Under the pieces are notes generated by a model. It ran no database searches. It had not been told where the DNA came from and saw only the letters and a program-made list of their open reading frames with translations. This document shows, piece by piece, positions 45,745 to 56,659 of a stretch of DNA of 64,000 nt. How positions within the stretch are numbered: position 1 is the stretch's first letter; each line of letters starts with the position of its first letter. This stretch comes from an uncultured delta proteobacterium (GTDB lineage Bacteria > Myxococcota_A > Polyangia > Polyangiales > Polyangiaceae), in the NCBI GenBank assembly GCA_963716725.1, contig CAVQUB010000007.1, forward strand, positions 32,001 through 96,000, given 5' to 3'. The translations under genes and the position numbers were made by a program.

Positions 45745-47707
45745 CCTGCGTCGGACCTCGACGCGCTCTTGGCCGAGGAGATCCAGCGTCGTTTACCGGT
45801 CCTCGAAGACGACAACTCCGACCCACGCGAAGTTCGCGCGGCGCTGCACACCTTCCGCGGCTCGTCCGCCATGGCAGGACACGCGGATCTGTCGCTGGTC
45901 GTGGCTCAGCTCTCGACTCGCCTGCGACAAGGCGACACGAGCGCACGACGCGACGCGCTGAAGCTACTGCGCGAGGCCAGCACACGCCTGCGCGCGGGGC
46001 GTGCGCCCTTCGACACTCGCTGGCCCGAACCCCCGCCAGGGCTCTGCCCGTCGAGCATCGATCCGAGCTATCGCGCCGAGTATCAGGCCACGGTCCGCGA
46101 ACGCATCGGGGAGCTCGAGGCGTTGCTCGAAGCCTCCCTCGGACGCCGCCGCACTGAGCGGCGCGACCCGGGCAGTCCACTCGGTGAAGGGCGCGCGCGG
46201 CCGCCATCGGCGATGATCTGACCACCTGGTACTGCCACGGCCTCGAGACCGCGCTGAGGCGCCCGACTTCGATCTTCGGCAGCTCGGGACGGAGCTGCCG
46301 AGGCACGTCAGCGTCCTGATTTCGTTGGTCGACGATCCGACCAGCGCCCTGGACACCTTGCGGCCGAGGAGCGTGCGGCCCAGCCGTCCCTCGGGGTTCC
46401 CCGCGCGACGCGGCTCGAGCCCACCCGAAGAGGACACCGGCGAGCAGATGCTGCGGGTGCACGGCGTTTCACTGGAACGCGTGCTGGAACGAGTCGAGTC
46501 GATCCGGCTGGCGCAAGACGAAGTGTCCGGCGCTGCCGCCGTGACCGCCCGCGAGGTGGCTCGACTGCGCGAACAGCGCGCCGATTTGGCGGAAGCGCTC
46601 CGACTCTTGGGACCTCCGCGACCCTGGGGGCCGCCTGCCAGAGCCCTCGCGATGCTGGACGCGGTGAGCGACGCTTTGGCCGCCGCGGCGGACGGGCTCG
46701 AACAGGGCAGCGCTCTGGGGCGAAAGAGCGCGGAACGATTGAAGGGCGCCGCAAACGACGTGCGTCGTGAGATCGGACTGGTACGCCGCACCTCGCTGTC
46801 GTCGATGCTGGGCAAGATCGGCGCGGCCGTCGAGCGCCTGGCCGAACGCGAGGAGCGAAGCGTCCGCGTGCTGATCAAGGCCGGTGACGCGCCAGTGGAT
46901 CGCGAAATCGCCGAGCGGTTGGTGGACCCGCTGATGCAACTCGCACGCAATGCCCTGGCCCACGGCATCGAGCGCCCTGACGAGCGCGCTGCTTCGGGCA
47001 AAGATCCGATCGGAACCCTGACGCTCTCCGCCGAGCGGGTCGGCGACTGGCTGCGCATCGTATGCGAAGACGACGGGCGCGGGGTCGACGTCGAATCGGT
47101 GCGCCGCTCCGCCGTCGACTGCGGATCGATCAGCGCCGAGGCAGCCCGCGCCGCCGGCGACGACGATTTGTTGGCGTTGCTCTTCGTTCCCGGACTCACC
47201 ACCAAGCGTGAGGCCGACCTGCTGGCGGGGCGCGGCGTGGGGCTCGATCTCGCGCTCAATACCGTGCGCCGGCTCGGCGGCACCATTCGGCTCGAACGTG
47301 GACCCGCGAGCGGGCTGCGGGCGACGCTGGAGGTGCCCAGCGAGCGCTTCACCACCGACGTTCTGTGGTTGGAAGCCGGGACCTGGCGCTTGGCGCTGCC
47401 CGTGAGCTTCGCCGGCAAGATCGAGCGCGCGGACCCCGCGCGACCTCCGGTGCCCCTGCTGGCTTGCCTGGGGGAAAGCGCGCCCGCTCCCTCTGCGCTC
47501 TCCCTCGAGCTCTCGCTTCGGGGCATCCCCGCCGTGAGCGTGGGCATCGACGCGGTGGGCGAGGTCGAGGAGTGCAACTTGCGGCCGCTGCCCGCGCTGC
47601 TCTCCCAGAGCGGGCCTTACAGCGGCGCCATCTTGCGCGGAGACGGCACTCTCTTGCTCGCGCTCGATGCGGCGCTCGTGGCGGTTCGTGCTTGGACTCT
47701 GGGTTGA
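45741..47707 (+). CDS. cheA: CheA-like histidine kinase with two Hpt-like domains (frameshifted 5' part)
   Basis: LHTFRGSSAMAG and VHSVKGA; DPLMQLARNALAHGIE, EDDGRG, FVPGLTT, GRGVGLD; C-terminal CheW-like domain. Confidence 0.85.
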
Positions 47708-47728
47708 GTTGCGCGCGGACTCGCCCAG

Positions 47729-48226
47729 ATGTTTGCTCGCGCGCGCATGATCGTCGAGCCCATGACCGCCAGCGACCGCGCGCGCGTGACGCTCATCGCC
47801 GAGCTCGCGCAGCAGTCCATGGATCTAGACAAGGAAGCCGCGCGGACTTGGGGCAGGCTGACCGTTGCGCGCGTGACGCCCGGCTCGGAGGCCATCGCCG
47901 TGCTCCTGACCTGGTCGGTCGCGGACGAGCTGCACGTCATCAACGTGGCCACCCACCCGGAATTTCGCCGGCACGGCGCCGCGCGCGCCCTGCTTTCCCA
48001 GGCGCTGGACCGAGCCTCGCGCGATCGGGTGCGTCTCGTGCTACTGGAGGTGCGCCGGTCCAATCTGGCGGCGATCCAGCTCTACCGTTCGCTGGGCTTT
48101 TCAACGCTCGCGGTCCGCCGCGGCTACTACGCCGACAACTCCGAGGACGCCATCGAGATGAAGCTCAGCTTCGACCCCAACACCGGCCAGATGCTGCCCG
48201 GCCACGACGATGAAGATATCGCCTGA
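47729..48226 (+). CDS. rimI: Ribosomal protein S18 N-acetyltransferase
   Basis: DELHVINVATHPEFRRHG, LEVRRSN.AA..LY..LGF, RRGYY.DN.EDA. Confidence 0.88.
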   Translation: MFARARMIVEPMTASDRARVTLIAELAQQSMDLDKEAARTWGRLTVARVTPGSEAIAVLLTWSVADELHVINVATHPEFRRHGAARALLSQALDRASRDRVRLVLLEVRRSNLAAIQLYRSLGFSTLAVRRGYYADNSEDAIEMKLSFDPNTGQMLPGHDDEDIA

Positions 48227-48227
48227 G

Positions 48228-49026
48228 ATGCTCACCTCTGCAACGCCCCGGCGCACCCAGCTCGTCGCGCCCCTGCTGCGCCGCGAGAGCATGGGCGCGG
48301 CCTATCAGGTGCTCACCTTCGACGTGCGCAAAGACCTCGGCGCGCGCCCCGGTCACTTCTTGATGGTGCGAGGGGCAGAGTGGGGCGACGCTCCGCTCTT
48401 GCCGCGGCCGATGAGCTACCTCGGCGGGGGCACAACTCCCTCGATCTTGATCAAGGTCGTCGGCGAAGGCACGACGCGCATGGCCCGGGCGGAGCCCGGT
48501 GAACCCTTCTCGCTCTTGGGTCCCCTGGGCGTTCCCTGGCGCGCGCCGTCGCCAGGGCGTCGCCCCATCTTGGTGGCCGGGGGAGTCGGCGTGGCTCCGC
48601 TGATTCTTTCTCGCGCGATCGCTGGCCGCGACGGGCATCCGACCGGTGGCGATCTACGGCGGGCGCACGCGCAAAGATCTCCCGCTCGACGACGACCTCG
48701 CAGCGCTCACCGAGCTCCACGTCACGACCGAAGACGGCTCCCGCGGTCAGAAGGGCCGCGTCACCGACCTGCTCGAGGCCGTGCTCAGCGACGACGCCGA
48801 GGTCTTCAGCTGCGGACCGGATCGCATGATGGCGGCAGTCGCGGCCATTTGCGCGCGTCGGGACGTGCCCTGCGAGGTCTCCGTCGAGACCCCGATGGCC
48901 TGTGGCTACGGCGTCTGCCTCGGCTGCCCGCTGCCCGCCAACGGCGGCGGTTACATCTACGCCTGCACCGAGGGGCCGTGCATCGACGCCCGTCGCATCG
49001 ACTGGACCCGGGGAGGCAAGTCGTGA
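48228..49026 (+). CDS. pyrK: Dihydroorotate dehydrogenase electron-transfer subunit (one frameshift)
   Basis: PLLPRPMS, LLGPLG, VAGGVGVAP, CGP..MM, MACGYGVCLGC, CTEGP. Confidence 0.9.
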
Positions 49027-49931
49027 GTCGCGTTGCGGTCAAAATCGGCTCGTTGGAGCTGAAGAACCCCGTGCTCACCGCCTCGGGCACCTTCGGTTAC
49101 GGCCTGGAGTACGACGACTTCTTCCCCGTCGCCGCCCTCGGTGGGATCTGCACCAAGGGGCTCAGCCGCGAGCCCCGAGCCGGCAACGCGCCCGAACGGA
49201 TCTGCGAGACACCCGCCAGCATGCTCAACGCCATTGGGCTGGCCAACGTCGGCGTCGAGGCCTTCTGCCGCGAGAAATTGCCTGCGCTGCGCGAGCGAGG
49301 CGTGACCGTGGTCGCGAACATCTTCGCGAGCACCACCGAAGACTTCGTCGCCATCGCCGAGCGCCTGGGCGACGAGGCTGGAGTTCACGCGCTCGAGCTC
49401 AACGTGTCGTGCCCCAACGTCTCACACGGGGGCATCGAGTTCGGAAAAGATCCGCGGCTCGCCGCCCAAGTGACCGCGGCCGTACGCAAAGCCGTCGCCC
49501 TCCCGCTCTGGGTCAAGATGAGCCCAGAGGCCGGCGACATCGTCGCGGTGGCCAAGGCCTGCGAGGACGCCGGCGCGGACGCCATCACCGCCATCAACAC
49601 CATTCGCGGAATGACCATCGACGTCGACACCGAACGACAGCGCCTCGCCAATCGCACGGGCGGCTTCAGCGGACCGGCGCTGCGACCGATCGCGCTGCGC
49701 ATCGTCTGGGATCTCGTCGGCGCGGTGTCGATCCCGGTCATCGGCATCGGGGGCATCTCGACCTGGCGCGACGCGCTGGAGTTCTTGCTGGCAGGCGCTA
49801 CGGCCATCCAGGTCGGCACGGCGAACTTCGCCGACCCCTGCGCCGCCAAGAAAGTGCTGGACGGCCTCGAGGCGCACTGCGAGCGCCACCAAACCACGGT
49901 GCCCGAGCTGATCGGGCGCGCTCGACGGTGA
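49023..49931 (+). CDS. pyrD: Dihydroorotate dehydrogenase family 1B catalytic subunit
   Basis: LKNPVLTASGTFG, NAIGLAN, ELNVSCPN, KMSP, INT, GGFSG, GIGGI, QVGTANF. Confidence 0.95.
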   Translation: MSRVAVKIGSLELKNPVLTASGTFGYGLEYDDFFPVAALGGICTKGLSREPRAGNAPERICETPASMLNAIGLANVGVEAFCREKLPALRERGVTVVANIFASTTEDFVAIAERLGDEAGVHALELNVSCPNVSHGGIEFGKDPRLAAQVTAAVRKAVALPLWVKMSPEAGDIVAVAKACEDAGADAITAINTIRGMTIDVDTERQRLANRTGGFSGPALRPIALRIVWDLVGAVSIPVIGIGGISTWRDALEFLLAGATAIQVGTANFADPCAAKKVLDGLEAHCERHQTTVPELIGRARR

Positions 49932-49935
49932 CCCG

Positions 49936-51234
49936 ATGACCGGACGTTTTGCCCTGCTCATGGCCTGTGCGCCACTGGTCGCGGGCTGCCCGGCGCAAGG
50001 TTCGGGCGGCAGCCAAGACAACCCGAATCAGCCGAGCCCCAACGCGAGCATCCTGCCGGCTCCGCTCCTGTCGGGGGATCCATCGCCCAGTGCCAAGGCC
50101 GACGCGGGTCACGGCGGCATTCCCGCAGACTCCGCCGGGCGCTTGATCATCCCCGACGCGGGGCCACCAGAGCCGACAACTTTTCGCGACGACGCGGCGC
50201 TGCCCCGAGACACGCTCGGCGCGAAGGACGGCCAAGGCGTCACGCTCGAAGCGTCGTTCAAGTGGCTCGAAGTTCCGGCGCCGAACAACGTCCCCGAGCT
50301 GTCGAACGACGCCCTGAAGAAGGCCCGAGAAAAGACCGCTCTCCGCGTGACCATCGACCTCGCACCGGCTGGCCGCATGCGCTTCGCCTTCGCCTCGCCG
50401 ACCTTTCCCGTGCCGCAGGGCGCCGAGTTGCGCGCCCAAAACGAGCACTACGGCCACCTCTTGGTTTGGCCCGACGGCAACGCCTACCGCGTGCTCCGCC
50501 CGGGGACCCTGCGGGCCTTGTTCTCGGAGCGACGTGCCGACGCGCTGCCGCTCTCTCCCGCGAAAGCCGATCGCCGTGGCAAGGGTCAGCTGCTCGGCCT
50601 CGAGACCACCAAGCTCGAGATCGACGCGCCCATGGGCGAGGTCTCTATCGAGAGCGGCAACGTGCCCCACATTGGCAGGTCCGGCGAGTTGCTCTGCAGA
50701 CTGCTGATGGACCTCGTCGCCGTCGACCCCGCGGCCAAGGTCTGCCGCGACGGATTGCTGCCCATCAAAGCCGAGCTGCGCTGGCCGAAGGGCGGAAAGC
50801 TCTTGTTCGAGGTCTCGAGTCTCACGCGCAAGGCCGAGCTGCCCTTCGGACTGCTCTTCGTTCCTCCCGCCGGGGCGGCGTACCGCCCGGGTGAGCTCCC
50901 GCCTCAGGCCGCCGGTGTGTTCTTGACCCGCGACGAGCTGGGCGCGTTCCACACCAAGTCGGTGCCGGGGGAGCCCGCCGGAAAGGATGCCCCCGGAGAG
51001 GGCTTGCTCGCGGTCAACCGCAGCGACTCGATCCGCTACGTCTTGCTCGATGGCGTGCCCGTCGCGTGGATTCGGCCGCAGTCCGAGCAGCTCTTGATCG
51101 GGCCACTGCCCGGTCGTTACTCCGTCGCCTGGCGAGACTTTCTGGGTGCGGCGGTGGACCCGCCGGTGGTTGTCTCGCTGCCCGCACGCGTCACCGTCGG
51201 TGGAACGGCCGACGCGGGCGCTGCGCCGCCCTGA
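49936..51234 (+). CDS. Hypothetical lipoprotein
   Basis: Lipobox-like LVAGC after a hydrophobic leader; long intact ORF. Confidence 0.65.
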   Translation: MTGRFALLMACAPLVAGCPAQGSGGSQDNPNQPSPNASILPAPLLSGDPSPSAKADAGHGGIPADSAGRLIIPDAGPPEPTTFRDDAALPRDTLGAKDGQGVTLEASFKWLEVPAPNNVPELSNDALKKAREKTALRVTIDLAPAGRMRFAFASPTFPVPQGAELRAQNEHYGHLLVWPDGNAYRVLRPGTLRALFSERRADALPLSPAKADRRGKGQLLGLETTKLEIDAPMGEVSIESGNVPHIGRSGELLCRLLMDLVAVDPAAKVCRDGLLPIKAELRWPKGGKLLFEVSSLTRKAELPFGLLFVPPAGAAYRPGELPPQAAGVFLTRDELGAFHTKSVPGEPAGKDAPGEGLLAVNRSDSIRYVLLDGVPVAWIRPQSEQLLIGPLPGRYSVAWRDFLGAAVDPPVVVSLPARVTVGGTADAGAAPP

Positions 51235-51304
51235 GCGGGCAAATGCCCCTGTGGCGCCGGCGGGCCGTGGTGTACCGTGGCGGTCCGTACAAGGAGGACT
51301 CTTC

Positions 51305-52180
51305 ATGGAGCCCCGCACCCTGCTTCCCGCCGCCCTCGTCGTCGTCTCCGCGTTGCTGGCCTGCAAATCTGCGGACAAGTCCCAGCAAGAGTCCCAGCCG
51401 GCCAGCAATCCGCTGGCCACTCCGACGGTGCCCACCGGCTCCAACGTGACCTTCGTGAAGCTGGTTCCAAAATCCGGCACGCGCGCCTCGGTCTCGCGCA
51501 AAACGACGTCGAAGTTCACCATGAGCGGCAAGACCTACCGCGAGACGTCGACCACCGACGCGAAGTACACGGTGAAAGCTTCCGACGAGTTTCGGGTGGT
51601 CAAGGCCGACGTCGAGGTCAAAGAGTTGTTCACGACCTCCCAGGAAGGCACTGGCACCGAGAAGAAGAGCGTCAGCCCCTTGTCCGGGTCGACCTACACG
51701 ATCACGCGCTACGACGATGGCAAGCTCGGCGCGGTGGACAGCGGCGGCACCCAGGTCCCCGCATCCACGCTCAAGCTCATCAACGAAGAATTCAAGTCGA
51801 TGTTCGACAAGAACAACGACGGCGCCTTCTTGCCCGATCGCCCGGTCAAGATGGATGAGAAATTCATGCCTTCGTCCGACGCACTGCTGAAAATGCTCGC
51901 CGTGAAGGACGACGGCAAGACCAGCTTCGACGGCGCTGAGTTCATCCTGAAGAGCCACAGCGGGTCGACGGCTTCATTCGACACCGAGATGAGCATGACC
52001 CAGAATATCGGCAACGGCCTGCGACTCCGGGTGAAGTTCAAGGGAACCCTCGATTTCCAGCCCCAAGGCACCTGGAGCACGGCAGCGCACTTGAAGGGTC
52101 CGATGACCCTCTTGAATGGCAAAGGCGACGAGAAGGGCAGCGGCGACGTCGCGGTCGAGATCACGCAGACCTTCGAGTGA
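51305..52180 (+). CDS. Hypothetical lipoprotein
   Basis: AAGGAGG RBS; MEPRTLLPAALVVVSALLAC lipobox; Lys/Thr-rich beta-strand body. Confidence 0.75.
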   Translation: MEPRTLLPAALVVVSALLACKSADKSQQESQPASNPLATPTVPTGSNVTFVKLVPKSGTRASVSRKTTSKFTMSGKTYRETSTTDAKYTVKASDEFRVVKADVEVKELFTTSQEGTGTEKKSVSPLSGSTYTITRYDDGKLGAVDSGGTQVPASTLKLINEEFKSMFDKNNDGAFLPDRPVKMDEKFMPSSDALLKMLAVKDDGKTSFDGAEFILKSHSGSTASFDTEMSMTQNIGNGLRLRVKFKGTLDFQPQGTWSTAAHLKGPMTLLNGKGDEKGSGDVAVEITQTFE

Positions 52181-52186
52181 GCCGGC

Positions 52187-52802
52187 TCAGGCGTTGCCGA
52201 TGGGCCTGATCACGCTCTCGTAGTCCGCGGGGCCGTAGTGCACGTCCTTCAAGCCCGAGCGCGACAGCTCGCGCCGCGCTTGGTCAGCGGCCATCTCCAC
52301 GATCTCGAAGCGCGTCGACAGTAGCCAGTACTCCGCCTCGCTGACGGGCGGCAGGGCAGCGAGTCGCTGCTCGAGGGCTTCGTGATCTTCGCGATCGAGC
52401 ACCAGCTCCGAAGACGGGCCCGCGTGATCGGAGGACTCGAAGAGGGCGTCCCACGCGAAGGCCGTGGGGTTGAAGGCCAGGAACACCTCTTCGAAGCAAA
52501 GCTGCCAGTCGCTCGCGTCGCTCGACGGCAGCCGCCAAAAGGAGGGCAGTGATCGCCGCACGACCTCGCCGAAGTAGGCCCCGACGCTGCGGGTCAAGAG
52601 CGCGGTCAGCTCGGGCCGCTCGCGCACATTCTGACGAGCCTGCTCCAGGTAGTGATCGAGGACCGGGAGGGTCTCGGGGCTGTAGTCGAGCTCGACGCCC
52701 AGTGAGGTCAGTACGAAATTGACGCGTCGCTTCGCCGAGCTCCACGATCTCCGGGGCGGGCAGCTCGCCCATTTCATCCTCGGGTCCGCCGCCGGTCGAC
52801 AC
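52187..52802 (-). CDS. Hypothetical protein (one frameshift near 52725)
   Basis: GTG start preceded by TAGGCT; GVELDYSPETLPVLDHYL, VGAYFGEVVRR core. Confidence 0.65.
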
Positions 52803-52983
52803 AGGCCGAGCCTAGCCCCAAAACCGCGTGTTTCGACGGCTGTCTGCTCGATCCGGATAAAATGCGCATCGTTTCAGCGGCGAGGCCCCATTCAGGGCTT
52901 GCAGACGCCGCCAGATCGAACGACATATCCGCCGAAAGCCTGGGGCCGCCGTGTTAGATTCGGCGACCTGCCCGAGCACCCTG

Positions 52984-53721
52984 ATGCGCCTCGGTATACT
53001 CAGCGACATCCACGCCAACTACGAAGCGCTCAGCGCTGCGGTCGAGGCGTTCAAGAGCGAAAGCATCAAGGAGTACTACTGCCTCGGTGACACGGTGGGC
53101 TACGGCGGCTCGCCCAACGAGTGCGCGGACGTCGTCCGAGACCTGGTCAAGTCGACCATCCTGGGCAACCACGACGCCGCCGTCGCCGGTCGCATGGACT
53201 ACTCGTACTACTACGAGGCTGCGCGCCACGCGCTCGACACACACGCTCAGCTGCTCTCGAAAGAGAACATGGACTGGCTGCGTGGCCTCCCGTACCAGAT
53301 CCGACTCGACGCGGTGAACCTGCTCCTGTGCCACGGCTCGCCCGTGCGGCTCGAGGAGTTCGAGTACATCTTCGCGCCGGAGCAGGCGCGCGAGTGCCTG
53401 CCCATCTACGACGAGCTGGAGCACCTCACGCTGATCGGCCACTCGCACCTGTGCAAGGTGTTCGCTCTGACGCGCACCACCGTCGAAGAGCTGCCGCCCG
53501 TCGACTTCGAGCTCGAGCCGAACAAGAAGTACATCGTGAGCGTCGGCTCCGTCGGGCAACCGCGCGACTACGACAACCGCGCGAGCTACACGGTCTTCGA
53601 CACGGACAAGAAGCGCTTCGAGTTCAAGCGCGTCGAATACGACATCGAGACCGCGGCCGAAAAAGTCCTGCGCGCGAAGCTCGAGCGGAATTTCGCCCAC
53701 CGGCTGTTCATCGGCGTCTGA
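52984..53721 (+). CDS. Metallophosphoesterase (calcineurin-like)
   Basis: SDIHAN, LGDTVGYG, GNHD, HGSP, GHSH, GSVGQPRD. Confidence 0.93.
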   Translation: MRLGILSDIHANYEALSAAVEAFKSESIKEYYCLGDTVGYGGSPNECADVVRDLVKSTILGNHDAAVAGRMDYSYYYEAARHALDTHAQLLSKENMDWLRGLPYQIRLDAVNLLLCHGSPVRLEEFEYIFAPEQARECLPIYDELEHLTLIGHSHLCKVFALTRTTVEELPPVDFELEPNKKYIVSVGSVGQPRDYDNRASYTVFDTDKKRFEFKRVEYDIETAAEKVLRAKLERNFAHRLFIGV

Positions 53722-53731
53722 TCCGGCGCCG

Positions 53732-55273
53732 TCAGGCGCCGACGGACCAGTCGGTCCCGCCCGGTCCGTCCCGAAGGTTCACGCCCCGAGCCTCGAGCCC
53801 CTTCCGGAGCTCATCCGCCCGGGCGAAATCCTTCGCGGCGCGAGCCGCGCTGCGCTCGGCGATCTGGGTCTCGATTTCCGCGGCTGACAGGCCACGCAAA
53901 CGCATGCGCCGCTCCCGGGTGCGCCCAGCGTATTCGTCACGAGTCGCCGCCAGCAGGCCGAGCTGGCGCCCGAGCGCTTCGATGAGACCGAGGGCTTCGG
54001 CCGCGACCGCGCTCGCGCCCGAGCTGAACGCGGCGTCCTTCTTCCTCTTCAGCGCGAGATCACAGAGGTCGTTGCCCAGGCTCGCGATCTCGCCCAGTTC
54101 GGCCAGCGCCACGCTGGTGTTGAGATCGTCGTCCAGGGCGTCTTGGGCGCGTTGCATCGCTTTGCCGAGGGAGACCCGGGGTTCGATCAGGCCCGCCGCC
54201 AACTTGTCCGGAACGCCCGCAGCATCGGCGGACAGCTCCGCCAAGCGAGCGAGCGTCGCGTACACGTAGTCGACGCGACGTTCGGCCTCGTCCACGCCCG
54301 GGAAGATCACCCGGCCGTCGTCGAGCTTGTCGGTGTCGAACTGGATTGGCCCGCGATAGTGCACGGTGAGCAAGAACCAGCGGAAGGCCTCGGCGTCGTT
54401 ACGTTCGAGCACGTCGCTGACGGTCACGAAATTGCCGAGCGACTTGCTCATCTTCTCTTTGTCGATGTTGACAAAACCGTTGTGCATCCAGGCGCGGGCA
54501 AAGTCGCCCTGCTCGGGATGCGCGGCCTCGCTCTGGGCAATTTCGTTCTCGTGGTGCGGAAAGATGAGATCCATGCCACCCGCGTGGATGTCGAAGCCGT
54601 GGCCGAGATACTTGCTACTCATCGCCGAGCACTCGATGTGCCAGCCTGGACGACCGTGACCCCAAGGGCTCTTCCAGCCCCACTCGTCCTCCGGCGCGCC
54701 CTTCCACAAAGCAAAGTCCAGCGGGTCCCGCTTGGTCTCGTCCTTCTCGACTCGCGCACCGGACACCAGCTCGTCGATGCGGCGCCGTGAGAGCTTGCCG
54801 TAGCCCTCGAAGCTGCGCACGGCAAAGTAGACGTCGCGGGTGCCGCCGGGCATGTCCACCACGTAGGCGGCATCTCGGTCGATGAGCTTCTGAACGATCT
54901 CGAAGATCTCCGGCAGATGGTCGCTGACCTTGGGCTCGTGGGTCGGCCGATCGCAGCCCACGGCGGCGATTTGCTGCCGGTACACCTCGGCCATGCGCTT
55001 CGACAAGGCCAGCGGCTCCTCGCCGCTCTCCTTGGATCGGGCCAGGATCTTGTCGTCGATGTCCGTGATGTTGCGCACGTAAGTGACGTCGTAGCCCCGC
55101 GCGCGCAGGTGCCGCACCAACACGTCGAAGGCCACCGCGGCCCTCGCGTGTCCGGCATGCGGCACGTCGTACACGGTGGGCCCGCAGCAGTAGACGCTCA
55201 CCTTCTGGTCGTGCCGCGGCTGGAGCGGCTCCACGTTTCGGCTGAGCGTGTTGTAGATTCGGACCGTGGTCAT
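53732..55273 (-). CDS. cysS: Cysteinyl-tRNA synthetase
   Basis: [54 protein letters not shown]. Confidence 0.97.
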   Translation of the reverse strand: MTTVRIYNTLSRNVEPLQPRHDQKVSVYCCGPTVYDVPHAGHARAAVAFDVLVRHLRARGYDVTYVRNITDIDDKILARSKESGEEPLALSKRMAEVYRQQIAAVGCDRPTHEPKVSDHLPEIFEIVQKLIDRDAAYVVDMPGGTRDVYFAVRSFEGYGKLSRRRIDELVSGARVEKDETKRDPLDFALWKGAPEDEWGWKSPWGHGRPGWHIECSAMSSKYLGHGFDIHAGGMDLIFPHHENEIAQSEAAHPEQGDFARAWMHNGFVNIDKEKMSKSLGNFVTVSDVLERNDAEAFRWFLLTVHYRGPIQFDTDKLDDGRVIFPGVDEAERRVDYVYATLARLAELSADAAGVPDKLAAGLIEPRVSLGKAMQRAQDALDDDLNTSVALAELGEIASLGNDLCDLALKRKKDAAFSSGASAVAAEALGLIEALGRQLGLLAATRDEYAGRTRERRMRLRGLSAAEIETQIAERSAARAAKDFARADELRKGLEARGVNLRDGPGGTDWSVGA

Positions 55274-55287
55274 CGAGGGCGCGCAGC

Positions 55288-56055
55288 CTACCACGCCCAG
55301 GGATCGCGACGGGGTCCACCGCGGTCCTCCTCGACGCGCGGCCGCTCCCCCGGCGACGCACGGAATCCGTGCCAGGGCTTCGCCCTTCGTCGCTCCCGCC
55401 CGGTCATGAAGGGGCGAACGGCGAGCAGTCCCAGCACGAAGCCGCCGAGATGGGCGAAGAACGCCACGCCACCGGTGGTCGGGAGCGACAGCGACGCCAC
55501 GCCGCGCAGGAGGTTCCACACGAACCACTCTCCAACCACGAACCAAGCCGGGAAGCTGAGCAGGACACCGAACACGAACCAGAGCGGGAAGACCGGGTTG
55601 AGCACGACGATGGGCGCCCGGGGATAGAGCACCAAGTAGGCGCCGAGCACGCCCGCGATGGCACCCGAGGCGCCGACCATCGGAATTGCGCTGCCCGGGT
55701 CGATGCCGATCTGCGCGAGCGCCGCCGCGAGTCCGGCGAGCAGATAGAAGGCGAGGTAGCGCCCGTGCCCCAGGGCGTCTTCGACGTTGTCGCCGAAGAC
55801 GTGGAGGAACAGCACGTTCCCGAGGAGGTGGCCCCAGCTGCCGTGCAGGAACATGCTGGTCACGACCGTGATGGCGTCGGCGCCCGGATCGGCGAGCAGC
55901 CGCGCCGGGACGAGGCCGTAGCCCGAGATGACCGCGTCGCTCCCCCGGGAGAGCACGAGCCACTCGACCAGCCAGACGGCGACGTTCAGCGCGATCAACG
56001 CGATGTTCACCACCGGGGCGGTCCGGCGGGGGTTCTCATCGCGGATCGGGATCAT
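55288..56055 (-). CDS. Rhomboid intramembrane serine protease
   Basis: MIPIRDENP, SMFLHG.W.HL.GN, GASGAIAGV, AHLGGF. Confidence 0.93.
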   Translation of the reverse strand: MIPIRDENPRRTAPVVNIALIALNVAVWLVEWLVLSRGSDAVISGYGLVPARLLADPGADAITVVTSMFLHGSWGHLLGNVLFLHVFGDNVEDALGHGRYLAFYLLAGLAAALAQIGIDPGSAIPMVGASGAIAGVLGAYLVLYPRAPIVVLNPVFPLWFVFGVLLSFPAWFVVGEWFVWNLLRGVASLSLPTTGGVAFFAHLGGFVLGLLAVRPFMTGRERRRAKPWHGFRASPGERPRVEEDRGGPRRDPWAW

Positions 56056-56170
56056 GGCGGGACAAGGTAAGTCCACCGAGCGGGGCGCGCGAGCCCAGCC
56101 GAAGCGCCGCCGCTCACCGGCCGGCAGGCCAGGACCCCGCCGCGCCCACCGGTGCTAACGTCGGGCCCCC

Positions 56171-56656
56171 ATGGCGCGTGTGATCTCGCTGCTGATCGGC
56201 CTGTTGGCTTTCGCCTGCTCGAGCGCTGCGTTCGACGGCACGGTCTACCGGAGCGGCGAGCTCGCATTTCGAGTCGGCCCGGTGCCCGAAGACTGGCAGC
56301 TGATCGAGGCCGACCACACCCTGCTGGCCTTCCGCGATCGCAGCGGTGGCGCGACCATCGCGGTCAACGGGCGTTGCGGCAAAGACGGCGACGACGTCCC
56401 CCTCGAATCGCTCACCCACCATCTCTTCCTGCATTTCACCGAGCGCCAGGTCGCAGGCCAGTCCAAGCTGGCGCTCGACGGTCGCGACGCGCTGCGCACC
56501 GTACTCCTGGCCAAACTGGACGGCGTGCCCAAGCACTTCACGGTCGTCGTGCTGAAGAAGAACGGCTGCGTCTACGACTTCTTGCGCATTGGCCACGACG
56601 GCTCGACCGTCCAAGACTTTGACGGATTCGTGCGCGGGTTCACCACGCTGAGCTGA
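56171..56656 (+). CDS. Hypothetical lipoprotein
   Basis: LLAFAC lipobox; VVLKKNGCVYDF; 3 bp upstream of mlaE. Confidence 0.7.
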   Translation: MARVISLLIGLLAFACSSAAFDGTVYRSGELAFRVGPVPEDWQLIEADHTLLAFRDRSGGATIAVNGRCGKDGDDVPLESLTHHLFLHFTERQVAGQSKLALDGRDALRTVLLAKLDGVPKHFTVVVLKKNGCVYDFLRIGHDGSTVQDFDGFVRGFTTLS

Positions 56657-56659
56657 ACG

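Noticed and set aside
48210..49931. Apparent PyrK-PyrD fusion
   Set aside because: A frameshift near 48610-48640 causes it; the PyrK Fe-S C-terminus lies in the 48646-49026 frame and pyrD has its own GTG
55145..55165. HAGH in place of HIGH in CysRS
   Set aside because: The second position of this motif varies; all other catalytic motifs are intact
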